DNA of 64,000 nucleotides, taken from Aureliella sp. Its GTDB lineage: Bacteria; Planctomycetota; Planctomycetia; Pirellulales; Pirellulaceae. The stretch covers positions 2,688,001-2,752,000 of the forward strand of contig OY829846.1 of assembly GCA_963691875.1 (NCBI GenBank), given 5' to 3'. Below are positions 46,972 through 57,673 of the stretch, piece after piece; within the stretch, counting starts at the first letter, position 1, and every line of letters starts with the position of its first letter. The position numbers were made by a program, and so were the translations under genes. Under the pieces are notes generated by a model. It did not search any database. It was not told the origin of the DNA and saw nothing but the letters and a program-made list of their open reading frames with translations.

Positions 46972-47514
46972 CTACTTTTTCTCTTGCAAACCCTTAAGGA
47001 CTGTGAGCAACTCGTCGGCCGTAGCTCGTTCCCGGAGCGTCCCGTCTATGATCTTGACGATCTTGCCATCCTTACCGATTACGAAGTTGTCGAAAGTCAT
47101 GCGTCGCGTGCTGTAGGATTTCGAGGACTTTTTGTTCGGGTCAATCGCTAGCGTGTACTTTGTTGGAATGCGTTTGGCGATGATCCTCAGTCCCTCTACG
47201 CCCTTGGCTTCTTCGCGAAAAACGAAGATCAACTCGGCATCGAGCTTCTTGAATTCTTCCGCTTGCTGCTGCAGCTCACCTAGCTGCCTCATGCAAAACG
47301 GTCACCAGTTGGCGCGACTAAACATCAAGATGATGTTCTTGCCTTTGCTAATCCGATCACTCAGCTTGAACTTCTTTCCTTCACTGTCGGTCGCCTCGAA
47401 ATCTGGGGCAGTTTTGCCTACCTCGACTTTGGCTTCCGCCTTATCTTGCCCTTGCGCTCCGCTCAGCAGCATGCAGCACAACAACGGCGCAGCCAACAAA
47501 ATCTTAAGTTTCAT
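46972..47514 (-). CDS. Exported AhpC/TSA (peroxiredoxin-like) selenoprotein, UxxC motif
   Basis: ORF-track pieces 47302-47517 and 46972-47292 are in frame, joined by TGA (47302-47304): VGKTAPDFEA...FSRANW-U-PFC-MRQLGELQ; SECIS-like hairpin; tRNA-Sec in window. Confidence 0.92.
47259..47301 (-). promoter_or_regulatory. Bacterial SECIS element
   Basis: mRNA after UGA: CCGUUUUGC-AUGAG-GCAGCU-AGGUG-AGCUGC-AGCA-GCAAGCGG; apical loop ~20 nt from UGA with G at loop position 2. Confidence 0.8.
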
Positions 47515-47831
47515 CAATTCTTTCCGACGAAGACTGAAAGTACGGTTCCCCCCTGAACCACTTCAGTCGCAACTCTAGCAGCGAGTATCGGGTACGGCAA
47601 GGATTGAAATGCATTCTATCTGCGGGCTTGTATTGCTCATGCGCACTCTAGCCATTACGCGTTAAGTCCTTCACAGATCTGCCAGCAGTGCTACACTCTG
47701 CCCGCAACGGACAAACAATGTTTCGGGACAGTCAAAGGAAATTTAAACCCGACGTGATAGTGTGGGTTGAACCGAGGCAACGTCGCATATTCTCGCGTCT
47801 GCCAACATCCGAGGGTAGTTAGGAGAGAACC

Positions 47832-49067
47832 ATGAGTTCAGTAATTGGCACAGGAATGCACCGCAAGTCATGGTCTTGGTTCAGTGGTAACCAGTTTAGC
47901 TTTGGTCCCGAAGCTATCAGGCAGCTTGCCGGAGTAGTCCATCGGCAAAGTGCTAAACGTGTGCTGCTAATCAGCGATAAGCAACTCGTAGAGGTTGGAA
48001 TTGTTGGACAAGTGGCAGCAGTTCTAGAAGACACTGATGCCGATTGCATCATCTTCGATGGCGGGGAGGTCGAGCCCTCTACGGACACTGTCAACGCGGT
48101 AGTCGCGTCTGCCAGGGAGTTCCAGCCGGACTTATTCGTTGCGGTCGGTGGAGGCAGTAATATGGACTTAGGCAAAGCTGCGGTAGCGGCCTACGGTCAT
48201 GACTGCGATCCCGAGTCCCTGTTCGGATTCGATCTTGTGCCCGGTCCGATGCCGACTCTTGTTTGTATACCTACAACTGCGGGCACCGGAAGCGAGGTCA
48301 CTCATGCGGCGATCATCAAGAACTCGAGCACCGGTAAGAAGGCCGGCATTCTCAGTCAGCATATTCGGCCTGCGATCGCACTGGTAGACCCGACTCTAAC
48401 ACTGAGTTGCTCAAGTAAGGTCACGGCAGAGTGTGGCATCGATGCCTTGACACATGCCACCGAGGCTTACTTGGTCAAGAACTTCTACGCCTTCGAAGAC
48501 TCCCCCCAACACGGCTTGCCCTACGAAGGTAATCATCCGCTCGGCGACATGTATGCGGAGAAAGCTATATCGCTAATCGGCAAACACTTGAAGCAAGCCT
48601 ACGCTAAACCTGACATTCTCGCTTCGCGGAGCGCGATGGCATTTGCCGCATCACTGGCCGGAGCCGCCTTTGCTTCTTGCGGTGTCTCCGTGGCTCACGC
48701 TTTGGAGTACCCCATCGGCTCGAAATACAAGTGCAGTCATGGGGTCGGCAATGGAATTATTCTGCCTGCATTGCTCAAATTCTGGTGCCAGTCTCGCCAA
48801 GCTCGAATTGCGAAAATGGCTGCTCTTCTCGGCGTTCCTGATGCCGACAAGATGGACGAAGCCGAGGCTGCTCAGGCTGCGATCGGTTGGATTGCCGAAA
48901 CACGCAAGCTCATCGAGCTACCGACTTGCTTGCGTGACGTGGGCGGCGCCGAGTCAGACCTAGATGAACTAGCTGAAGTAGCCGTATCGCTGCAAAGATT
49001 GATTGACCTCTCACCTGTGCCTATCGCCGCTCCTGAGGCCAAGCTGATTCTGCAGGACGCGCTGTAG
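47832..49067 (+). CDS. Iron-containing alcohol dehydrogenase (HOT/4-hydroxybutyrate DH-like)
   Basis: VGGGSNMD, PTTAGTGSEVT, DALTHATE, AHALEY, HGVGN. Confidence 0.9.
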   Translation: MSSVIGTGMHRKSWSWFSGNQFSFGPEAIRQLAGVVHRQSAKRVLLISDKQLVEVGIVGQVAAVLEDTDADCIIFDGGEVEPSTDTVNAVVASAREFQPDLFVAVGGGSNMDLGKAAVAAYGHDCDPESLFGFDLVPGPMPTLVCIPTTAGTGSEVTHAAIIKNSSTGKKAGILSQHIRPAIALVDPTLTLSCSSKVTAECGIDALTHATEAYLVKNFYAFEDSPQHGLPYEGNHPLGDMYAEKAISLIGKHLKQAYAKPDILASRSAMAFAASLAGAAFASCGVSVAHALEYPIGSKYKCSHGVGNGIILPALLKFWCQSRQARIAKMAALLGVPDADKMDEAEAAQAAIGWIAETRKLIELPTCLRDVGGAESDLDELAEVAVSLQRLIDLSPVPIAAPEAKLILQDAL

Positions 49068-49165
49068 CCTTCTCGTTAAGCTCAACATACTAGGCAAGCG
49101 AATTTCGGGAGCAAAGCGAGGGGTGAAGAAGTCACATAGGACCGAATTGAGAGCCGTGTCCACGA

Positions 49166-50128
49166 CTACCTGATCGCCGACTTGCGCCAATCGGTGGCTT
49201 CGATGCGATCAATTTCGCTGCGAATGTCGGAGCCTTCGTAGAAAGAGAACCAGCCTCGGAGACGCTCGGTTTCACCGGGAGAGCAGTCTTCAAACTTGGG
49301 GTCGGAATGAAGGCAAGGGCACTTATCGTTGGCCCAGGGGCGATGGACTGGATCCCAGGCAGTGATGATCCAGCGTTGTTTGGTAGAGCCAGGAATCGCA
49401 GCGTTTGCCATTGCATAGCCTCGGTCAAACACTTTGTTGGCATTCGTTTGTTCCTCAAAGCCGTCGGCCGCCTTAAGCATGGCACAATTCTGAACCCGAA
49501 GATCCGTCAGCGTCTTATCGGTTCCATTTTTTAGCCACATTTCCATTGCAATGTGATCACGTTTCGCGATGGCCAGCGTGCCAAACTCGATTCCATTGGG
49601 CAAGCGTCGAACCATTTCGAAGCTGCCGTCTTTGGTCGACTTCCACTCCAGCTTATCGAGTTCGATTCTCTGTTGCGTCCAGACTGTGTCGATGTGTGTA
49701 TGAGCAAGATAGGTTAGCCCCAAATCGGACCAAATCGCTTCAGGCACATCTAGCACTACATAGCTGTGGTCATCCCATGGGTAAAAGACGCTCAGCTTCG
49801 TTTCACGCTGGGGTTCGATGGCGCCTTCCAGGAATCCTATCCTTGGGTGTCTTCCTCCCGGGTAAGGAAGCATCAGCAAACGCTCCTTTGGGCGGGCAGG
49901 CCGGTTGTCTGAGCGGATGTCGAACTGTTTGAGCTTCGACTGGATCTTTTCTTCGCCAAATCCTGTAACTTGTTCGATCTCTTTCAGTGAAAACCTATGA
50001 TGCCACAACATGTTCTGCAGCCATTTTTTCAACTCGCGATCATTGTCACTTGGCCGAAGTTGATCATCCGCTGAAGCCGTGGCCGTGAATGCAATTGAAA
50101 ACAACATGAAGAGTGTGAGTTGCTGCAT
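49166..50128 (-). CDS. Secreted hypothetical protein
   Basis: Signal peptide ending ATASA; long ORF with PYPGGRHPRIGFLEGA and CPCLHSDP segments. Confidence 0.7.
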   Translation of the reverse strand: MQQLTLFMLFSIAFTATASADDQLRPSDNDRELKKWLQNMLWHHRFSLKEIEQVTGFGEEKIQSKLKQFDIRSDNRPARPKERLLMLPYPGGRHPRIGFLEGAIEPQRETKLSVFYPWDDHSYVVLDVPEAIWSDLGLTYLAHTHIDTVWTQQRIELDKLEWKSTKDGSFEMVRRLPNGIEFGTLAIAKRDHIAMEMWLKNGTDKTLTDLRVQNCAMLKAADGFEEQTNANKVFDRGYAMANAAIPGSTKQRWIITAWDPVHRPWANDKCPCLHSDPKFEDCSPGETERLRGWFSFYEGSDIRSEIDRIEATDWRKSAIR

Positions 50129-50182
50129 TTCTGTATCCACCAATTTTGGACAAAAACTCAGAAGTTCGCACAATCCGCCTTA

Positions 50183-51096
50183 TCAATCTTCGGCGATTTT
50201 CTTCAGCGCGTTGAGTGAGTACTGGTTCAGCGGAAAGTCGCCTGACAAAACAGCCTTGCAGTACTTCTTCAATTTCGCCGCGCGCTCTTCGCTATCTCCG
50301 CTCCAGTCGGTGAGTTGTTGGCTGCGTCGTTTGGCATTCATCATGCGATTTCCGCGTGCGTTAACTATGCCGTACATAATGCGGCCAAGCTCTTCATCGG
50401 GTGCAAGCTTGTAGACAGGGCTAGCTTTGATGCGTTTTTCCATCTCCCGTTTTCGTTCGGCCATCAATTCTTGCTGGACCCTTGCTAACGCCGGCTCCGG
50501 TGCATCTACAGCACTTGCAATCGCCTTCATGACGGATTCTAGATCCCGGTTATCGGGTGCGTTGAAAACCAGATTCTTGACGACCTTGTCACCCTTGATA
50601 ACCATCACCGTCATCGCAACACTTCGGTTTAATCCGTAGTAACCTGGACCTTCGGAGCCGTCGCTGGAAAGACTCAGCAGCGAATTAGAGAACAGCGATG
50701 TTTTGCTCCAATTCGTCAGCATCTTCTCGATCTTTACTCGTTCATCAGAGAGCAGCACGATGTGACTTGTTAGTTCCTTGTGCCGCTTCGTGTAGAAGTC
50801 AACCAGTCCCAATCCGTACAGAATCCTGTCATCTGTGCTGAGCCGATGGATAAAGCAGAGAAGCGTTGTCTTATCTTTCTTGTTGACGATTTCGAGCTCT
50901 TTTCGATTTCCGTCGATGAAACCCAGAACCTCAAAGCCCCGTGCCTTTTCCCCGGCTGCAGTCCAGAGTAAAGAGGCTCGCTAGCGGCTTCTTGATTGTT
51001 CGTTTTCTTCTCATCTGTCTGCTGAGCAATGGTTCCACAAGATAGGGCAAGTGACAGGACAAGAGCTGCAAAGCTCCGGGCAAGAACCGGTCGCAT
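50183..51096 (-). pseudogene. Secreted thioredoxin-fold-like hypothetical protein split by a 1-nt frameshift (real lesion or sequencing error)
   Basis: Signal peptide + EPLYSGLQPG; one extra G in GGGGAAAAGG (~50950) gives EKARGFEVLGFIDG...YGLGLVDFY in frame with ORF 50183-50812. Confidence 0.75.
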
Positions 51097-51306
51097 CGGT
51101 CGCAAAGTCTGAAAGCTCGGAGAATCAATCATGTTGGCAGGCTTCAGCTGTGGGAATTCTGAAAAGTGATCTCGTCATCGCCTGCAAAGTTGGATTGTGC
51201 GTCTGGCTTCAACTCAATCCGATGGCGATATAGTGAGTAAGATAATTCTCCGGCATACGCGAAGCAATCAACCTCAGTCTCGAATCGATGTCGACGAGCA
51301 CTCAAA

Positions 51307-52299
51307 ATGAAAGAACCGAAAATGTATCTGCTGAAATCTGCCTTGGTCCTAACATTCGTGGTGACTCCTGCGGTCGCTCTTTGTCAAGCTCCGCGAGCCG
51401 GAAACGGAAAAAACGCGAAGAAGGGAGAGCAGTACGATTCCTCCATCCCCGAACCCACCCTGTCGGAGGTCAAATACGGGGAGCATCCCAGGCAAGTCAT
51501 CGATTTCTGGAAGGCCGAGTCTGACGAGAAGACGCCGCTTGTGCTGGTTATACACGGAGGGGGCTGGCAAGGCGGGTCCAAAGAAAGGCTAAACCGCTTT
51601 GTAGACGCAAACGCTTTGCTACAAGCCGGGGTTTCAGTTGCAGCTTTCAACTATCGCTATGTCAAACAAGCTGTCGAGCAAGGAATCGAACCACCTGTAA
51701 AAGCGCCGCTGCACGATGCCGCCAGGGCGCTGCAGTTTGTTAGGAGTAAGGCAGCAGACTGGAATATCGATAAGGATCGTATTGGCGCCGCGGGCGGTTC
51801 CGCCGGTGCATGTTCTAGCCTATGGCTTGCTTTTCACGACGATTTAGCAGATCAAAAGAGCGTTGATCCTGTTGCACGCGAGTCGTCTCGTTTGTCGTGC
51901 GCGTCCGTAATGGGCGCTCAGACCTCTTTGGATCCGCAGCAAATGAAACAGTGGACGCCGAACAGTCGTTACGGCGGCCACGCGTTTGGCTTCGGCAACT
52001 TCGCCAAGTTTCTTCAAGGCCGAGAGTCAATCCTCGCTTGGATCGAGGAATACTCACCCTACGCCCTTGTTAGTGAGGACGATCCAGCGATTTACTTAAC
52101 CTACTCACGACCGCCCGCGATCGGAAAAGAGCAAAAAGACCCCACGCATACTTCGAACTTTGGCGTCAAACTTCAAGAACACTGCAAGGAACTTGGAGTC
52201 GACTGCGAATTGGTCTATCCCGGTGCGGACTACGTGAAGCACAAGACAACGACTGAGTTTCTCATCGCCCAGCTTCTTTCCAAGCTTAGCGAAGATTAG
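51307..52299 (+). CDS. Secreted esterase/lipase (alpha/beta hydrolase, HGGG type)
   Basis: IHGGGWQGGSK, NYR, GGSAG, DPTHTSNFG. Confidence 0.88.
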   Translation: MKEPKMYLLKSALVLTFVVTPAVALCQAPRAGNGKNAKKGEQYDSSIPEPTLSEVKYGEHPRQVIDFWKAESDEKTPLVLVIHGGGWQGGSKERLNRFVDANALLQAGVSVAAFNYRYVKQAVEQGIEPPVKAPLHDAARALQFVRSKAADWNIDKDRIGAAGGSAGACSSLWLAFHDDLADQKSVDPVARESSRLSCASVMGAQTSLDPQQMKQWTPNSRYGGHAFGFGNFAKFLQGRESILAWIEEYSPYALVSEDDPAIYLTYSRPPAIGKEQKDPTHTSNFGVKLQEHCKELGVDCELVYPGADYVKHKTTTEFLIAQLLSKLSED

Positions 52300-52303
52300 C
52301 ACA

Positions 52304-52624
52304 CTAACGGAAGCGGCCGATTCGTCGCGAAAATAATGGCGTTTTCCTGGACAGCAAAACTCCGTTCGCGCTCCTACTGCGAGCAGGGGCGAAGAGATAG
52401 AGACGATTGGAATTTGTCTTACTCCGCATCGCCTGGAGCTCTCGATCACGACGCGTAGAAAAGGGCTGTGGGCCATTGCTGCGCAAGTACGCTGGCCGAA
52501 ATACCGGGCCGCCCGATTGATAAAGCGGAAAACTCGATTGAGCCGTCGCAACGGAGGTCATCGCCAGCAGCAGGCCAAAACTGACGAGGAAACAGATCCT
52601 ATTTCTACACTTGTGGGGTTTCAT
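52304..52624 (-). CDS. Small secreted hypothetical protein
   Basis: Signal peptide ending ATA/Q, Arg-rich tail; GGAG upstream. Confidence 0.45.
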   Translation of the reverse strand: MKPHKCRNRICFLVSFGLLLAMTSVATAQSSFPLYQSGGPVFRPAYLRSNGPQPFSTRRDRELQAMRSKTNSNRLYLFAPARSRSANGVLLSRKTPLFSRRIGRFR

Positions 52625-52765
52625 GACTTCTTCTCCAAATGTAACCCAAAAGGTCGCAGCGCGCATGCAATCTGCGTGACGATTTTGACAGCGCAGAAAC
52701 TAAACTGGTGTTTCAGCAAAAGTCTAGATTATTAGAAGTTATTTTCTTCGAAGACGCTAATTCTC

Positions 52766-53938
52766 ATGTGCAAAATGAATCGAAGATGCTTGCTGAGCCG
52801 TGCAGCGGCTGGTCTGAGCATTTTTTCTATACCAAGAATGACGTTAGCTAAGGCTCATCCGGCGCGGGCTATGTCGAGTGGTTATTTTACGCTCGGCAAA
52901 CGCGATGGGCATTGGTGGCTCGTCAATCCTGACGGCAAGCCATTCTTCACGATGGGGCTCAATCACATCGACCCGGCGAGCCTGCGCTATCCTGAGAATA
53001 TCGACATCTGGAGGGAGAAATACGGCGGAAGTACAATTCGATGGATCGAGGAATCGGTCGCGCCCAATCTGAACGAGTGGGGCTTCAACACGGTGGGTTG
53101 GGTCCAGGAAGTAACCGTCAGGAGGGATGGTCTAGGGGCCTGGCAACATTCCCGGGCATTCACAATCGATGAGTACCGGGCACTCAACATGCCGTACTGT
53201 CACTTGCTGCCATTCACGGAGTCGCACCAATGGGAGAAGTTCGTCAAGCACTACGATTTTCGTAGCAACGACTGGAAAGAGTGGTGCGACTACGTGGCGC
53301 GATCGCATTGCGCCGCTTTGAGCGAAGAACAAAATTTGATTGGCTATTTCTATAGTGACTGTCCTACCTGGATTCACCAGCGCACCGCCAACAAGTGGCG
53401 AGGACCAATCTTTGATCCAGAACGCCTCAAGACCGAGGCAGGGCGGAAGGAGCTTCGTGAGCTGGCGCAAAGCTATTACAAAACAACTCACGATGCGATT
53501 CGTCGCTACGACAAACATCATTTGATTCTGGGGGATCGTTACGAAGCCAACGCACCGATTGCTACGGAAGTAATCGAAGCTGCTTTACCGTTCGTCGATG
53601 TGTTGTCCTTTCAGGATTTCCGAGACCCTGTACGACACTTGGCCGAGTGGCACAAAAAGACAGGCAAGCCAGTGCTCTTGGCCGATGCCGCAGGAGTTGA
53701 TTGGCGAAGCCAGGAGTTCTTCAAGCCCAACAATGGAGCTTGGTATGCCGAGACGCTGTTGGACTTACATAAGAATCCAGGTTGCATTGGCTTCCACCTT
53801 TGCGGCGCTTATCAACGCAACAAGGCTCGGCGTCGTGGTCTTCTGGACGAGATGGAAAACCCAGACGGCGAGCATGTTGACCTGATCAAGAGGGCGAACC
53901 TCGAGATTAGCAAGAAGATGGAAAGCGTTGCTCGGTGA
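52766..53938 (+). CDS. Agarase-like glycoside hydrolase (GH50-like), Tat-exported
   Basis: NRRCLL Tat motif; GHWWLVNPDGKPFFTMGLNH, WGFNTVGW, LIGYF, AIRRYDKHHLILGDRY. Confidence 0.7.
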   Translation: MCKMNRRCLLSRAAAGLSIFSIPRMTLAKAHPARAMSSGYFTLGKRDGHWWLVNPDGKPFFTMGLNHIDPASLRYPENIDIWREKYGGSTIRWIEESVAPNLNEWGFNTVGWVQEVTVRRDGLGAWQHSRAFTIDEYRALNMPYCHLLPFTESHQWEKFVKHYDFRSNDWKEWCDYVARSHCAALSEEQNLIGYFYSDCPTWIHQRTANKWRGPIFDPERLKTEAGRKELRELAQSYYKTTHDAIRRYDKHHLILGDRYEANAPIATEVIEAALPFVDVLSFQDFRDPVRHLAEWHKKTGKPVLLADAAGVDWRSQEFFKPNNGAWYAETLLDLHKNPGCIGFHLCGAYQRNKARRRGLLDEMENPDGEHVDLIKRANLEISKKMESVAR

Positions 53939-54257
53939 TACGCTGATGGCATCCAGTGATGTAGTCCTAGCCAGAATTCAGGAAATAAAAACTTAGGAAG
54001 CTGAACGGGACCAGTCTAGGCTGCGGTCAAATGACCGTTCTGATGCGAGATTCTGCTGAAGCGAAGCACTTTGCCAAAACGATTTGCCCAGAAGACACAA
54101 ACGCAGTCTCCTTCGAGTGGCCGCGGGTAGATAGCAGAATTCAAATCATGGACAGAGATTTGCGCATCGCGGTGGAGCAACCACAAGTTGCGTCTGCAGC
54201 ACACTGGCAGTACGGCCAGTGTGCTTGCGTCTATTGGGGAGCAACTTCCCGCGAAAG

Positions 54258-56000
54258 TTACTTCTTCGCCGCTGAGAAGCCCATCAAGGCAACAAGTGCG
54301 AAGGCGATGATACCGCCGAGGATCAAACTACCTTCGTTCAGTGCGATCAGATTCCCTGACGCGTCAAACAACTTGGTGTAGAGCGAGGAGCCAGCCTGCG
54401 CCAGAGCAGCAATGACCCCAAAGACCATCAGACAATTCCAGATCACACGACTTCCTCCACGAGGAAGATCCTCTTTCAGAAGCCTCTCGTTGTTCATCAA
54501 AGCGAAGAAGGAAACGTAAGCGATCGGAAGCAAGATGGCTCCGAAAGTCGAGGCCATGATAACGAGCCAAGTCTTCGAATCCGACTCCCAGATCAGTGGC
54601 CAAAGAAAGCCGACAATCCCAGCGAGCACGGCACCAATCATTTTGACAACGATGCTGCTTGGCTTGTTGAATAGTTCGCCGAAGGCGTAGCCGTTGATCA
54701 TCATCAAAATGATAATCGTGGAAAAGCCCATACCGAGGACACCAATGCCGAAGACGCGATTCGCCCACTCCTCACCAAGCAAAGGTTTTAATGACAGTGC
54801 AAGTTGCTCCGCGTTTGGCTTCACTAGCGTTACAGATAGCTTTCGCTCTTCCTGCGACAGTTTCGATGTGTAGTCGGCAATAGCAGCTGTCATCGCGGCG
54901 TTCTTCTCTTTGCCATCAGCCATTGCATCAATTTCGGCTAGCGGGTTGTTCTTCTCCAACCTCATGCGGCCGGCCAAATTCTTGGACGCGCCTTGAAAGA
55001 ACTTACTTTGCTGAACCACGGCTGGATCATCGCTGAGGAAACTTTTATCGGCCTTGCCGTGGAAGCTGTAGGCGGATGCAATGATGATGCAGCCAGTGAC
55101 AAGCACAAAGGGGATGGCCATCCCGGTGATCAAGTCAAAGCGTGCAAGACCTCGAAACGGCTTGTCCCAGCCTCGATTTAGCATTGAATAGGGCAGCAGG
55201 AAGGTCATATTGATACCGACGACCGTAGCTGTAGTGCTAATCATGACTGCCCGCTGGCTCTTGATCAGTTCGCTCGTCCAATAAGACTGAACGCCCTCCG
55301 GTGCCGCCGCGATGAGACTGCTAATGGTTGCGGTGGGATTCCACCACTGAGAGAAATCAGGGATTAGGCCAGGCAGGATTTGCCCAGTCCAATCCAGCTC
55401 GCTTTGCATCGTCAGTTTGACGACGACCGCAACAAAACAGACAACGACCATCCCGACGAGCAGCTTGAGCAGAAAGTCGAAGATGCGGCCAGCGATTCCA
55501 CCAAGCAGGCTCAGCCAAACAAGGATCGCGGCAGGGATGAGCAGAACTGCCGACACGCCCAGCTTGTAGCTATCGGTGTCCTGCAACTCGCCAGGAAATA
55601 AGTTCTTGTCAATCACATCGTAGCACAAGCTAAACTGAGGCATGCACCAGATAATATTGGCTAGAATTGTGGCCGTGATCCAGCCCACGCCAAGCACAGG
55701 ATTCACGTACTCGTTAATTGCCTCGTAAGGTCGCTTGCCCGAAGAGAGAACCACATAGCTGATCGCGGAAAGCATGATCACGCCGACAATGATGGCTACT
55801 AAGTTAAGCCACAGCATAGCGGTGCCACCGAGGCAACCGAGGTAAAGAGCACTTGCTAGCGAGCCGCCGCCAAGTGTAATGGCACTTTGCAACCAGCCTG
55901 GTCCGGAGAGCCGCAAAAAAGCTAGCGGGACGAAAAGTCCGCCTTTTTCTTGTGCCGCAACGAGAATTTGGCGATCAGCAGATACTTTCGATCCAGCCAT
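54258..56000 (-). CDS. NRAMP-like divalent metal cation transporter
   Basis: GPGWLQSAITLGGGS, many TM helices, GINMTFLLPYS, FSTIIILM. Confidence 0.75.
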   Translation of the reverse strand: MAGSKVSADRQILVAAQEKGGLFVPLAFLRLSGPGWLQSAITLGGGSLASALYLGCLGGTAMLWLNLVAIIVGVIMLSAISYVVLSSGKRPYEAINEYVNPVLGVGWITATILANIIWCMPQFSLCYDVIDKNLFPGELQDTDSYKLGVSAVLLIPAAILVWLSLLGGIAGRIFDFLLKLLVGMVVVCFVAVVVKLTMQSELDWTGQILPGLIPDFSQWWNPTATISSLIAAAPEGVQSYWTSELIKSQRAVMISTTATVVGINMTFLLPYSMLNRGWDKPFRGLARFDLITGMAIPFVLVTGCIIIASAYSFHGKADKSFLSDDPAVVQQSKFFQGASKNLAGRMRLEKNNPLAEIDAMADGKEKNAAMTAAIADYTSKLSQEERKLSVTLVKPNAEQLALSLKPLLGEEWANRVFGIGVLGMGFSTIIILMMINGYAFGELFNKPSSIVVKMIGAVLAGIVGFLWPLIWESDSKTWLVIMASTFGAILLPIAYVSFFALMNNERLLKEDLPRGGSRVIWNCLMVFGVIAALAQAGSSLYTKLFDASGNLIALNEGSLILGGIIAFALVALMGFSAAKK

Positions 56001-56302
56001 GGGTCGGACTCGCAGGATAGAGGTGTGGGGTCAATTGGGGATCTACCAGAGTACATTGAATGGCGGGCAATCGCGAGCACCAAGAAAGAAATGACAGGAA
56101 GCAGCCACTGCTGCGCGAACCTGTAGGCTGGAGCCAGAATCTCATGAGCACAACTTGCCAAGCGAATGACGAGAGGATTTCACCACCATTTGCAGCGTTG
56201 CGAGAAGCCCCCTGAGTACCATTGTGCCCAACAAAGCATTTGACGGATGTCGACTGCCGACTGTACTTTCTACTCTCCGCCCGGCATCTGTAGGAATTTT
56301 TC

Positions 56303-56719
56303 ATGTCTGATATCTATGTAAACGATCGCCTCTCCATTGGAGAGGAGGAGCTGGAGTGGAGCTACGCGCGAAGCAGTGGTCCTGGCGGGCAGAACGTGAA
56401 TAAGGTGAATAGCAAGGCAACGCTACGATGGAAGCCACCGACTGGGCGTATTCCGCGAGCCGTATGGCAAAGATTTCGCGGCCTAGCTAAGCGATACGTT
56501 ACAAGTCAGGACGAAGTCGTTATCCAGGCCCAAGAGCATCGTGATCGTGCCCAAAACATGGAGGCATGCCGCTCTCGATTGAAGGTCTTGCTAAGGCAGG
56601 CCTATGTGGTCCCAAAGCGACGAATCAAAACCAAGCCAAGCCAGGCTTCCCGTCGTCGACGGCTTGATGAAAAAAAACGCAACTCTGAGAAGAAGCAGTC
56701 GCGCCGCCAAGACTGGTAG
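56303..56719 (+). CDS. arfB: Alternative ribosome-rescue factor B (peptidyl-tRNA hydrolase)
   Basis: RSSGPGGQNVNKVNSK, basic C-terminal tail RRRRLDEKKRNSEKK. Confidence 0.95.
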   Translation: MSDIYVNDRLSIGEEELEWSYARSSGPGGQNVNKVNSKATLRWKPPTGRIPRAVWQRFRGLAKRYVTSQDEVVIQAQEHRDRAQNMEACRSRLKVLLRQAYVVPKRRIKTKPSQASRRRRLDEKKRNSEKKQSRRQDW

Positions 56720-56809
56720 CTGCGCGGTGAACTCACTGTACAAACCGCCAAGATGCACAAGGTAAACCATACGGTTATCCTTGATTCACCAGGTGACACG
56801 AAGAGCTAC

Positions 56810-57621
56810 ACTAAAACTGGCTCGTATCTCATCTACGCCCTTGCATTTGTCATCATGGCCGTTTCTTGTCTTTGATCTTGGTACATCAGTAAGTTCATCG
56901 AGAAGCAGATTCGTTCCAAGGCAGAATACTTCCAAGGTCCATCGCACACCAAACTGCACAGCATTGACAACCAAGTGCGAAGCAGCGCGAAAGCCAACTC
57001 GGAACGGGCGGAACGAATTGCCCAAGCGGCTAGCAAGATGGGAGAGAACACTCAGTTCTTGTCGGAAGCAGTGACGCGGTGCGAGGTCAGTACACGGCAA
57101 ATCTCCGATCACGCTGCGGGTGCTTCCAGTGTCGCCAACGAAGCTGTGGACGCTACCGAGCGAACCAATCGCACCATCAGTGCTTGAGTGAAAGCGGTGG
57201 GAAGATTGGCGAAGCCATCCAAGTGACCGGCTCGATCGCCGAGCAAACATACTTGCCGGCACTAAATGCAACGATCGAAGCTTCTCGAGCAGGCGAGGCC
57301 AGCAAGGGATTTGCGGTCGTTGCAAACCAAGTCAAAGACCTGGCCACCGAGACCAGCAAAGCGACCGAAAATATTGCTCAACGCAGCGCTACTCAGATCG
57401 ATACGACTGAGGCGGCTGAGGCTATTGGGCAGGTAAGCCAGATCATGGGGCAGATTCACGAGGATCAGAACGCTATCGCTGAGGCATTCGGGGAGCAAAC
57501 AGCGATGACGAGCGAAATTGCTCAGAACATCACCGAAATCACCGACGGCAGCAAGCAAATTTCTAAGAACATCGAGAGTGTCTCGGCTGCTTGTGCTCAT
57601 GCAAACGAGAATTCACCCTGA
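56810..57621 (+). pseudogene. Methyl-accepting chemotaxis protein pseudogene
   Basis: TM YLIYALAFVIMAVSCL then TGA (56873-56875); frameshift ~57183; degenerate hairpin tip [37 protein letters not shown]; no N-terminal sensor. Confidence 0.85.
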
Positions 57622-57635
57622 AACGAATTCGCCAG

Positions 57636-57673
57636 CCCCCTGGAAGTCCCCGCGACTTGCAGGGGTTTTGTTT
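57636..57673 (+). terminator. Intrinsic terminator
   Basis: CCCCTGGAAGTC-CCCGC-GACTTGCAGGGG followed by TTTTGTTT. Confidence 0.7.

Noticed and set aside
50940..50960. Programmed -1 ribosomal frameshift
   Set aside because: Codon phase (CCG GGG AAA AGG) does not fit an X XXY YYZ slippery heptamer and I saw no stimulatory structure
56873..56875. In-frame TGA in the MCP remnant as selenocysteine
   Set aside because: Lies in a TM helix, with no redox motif or SECIS-like hairpin, and the gene has additional lesions
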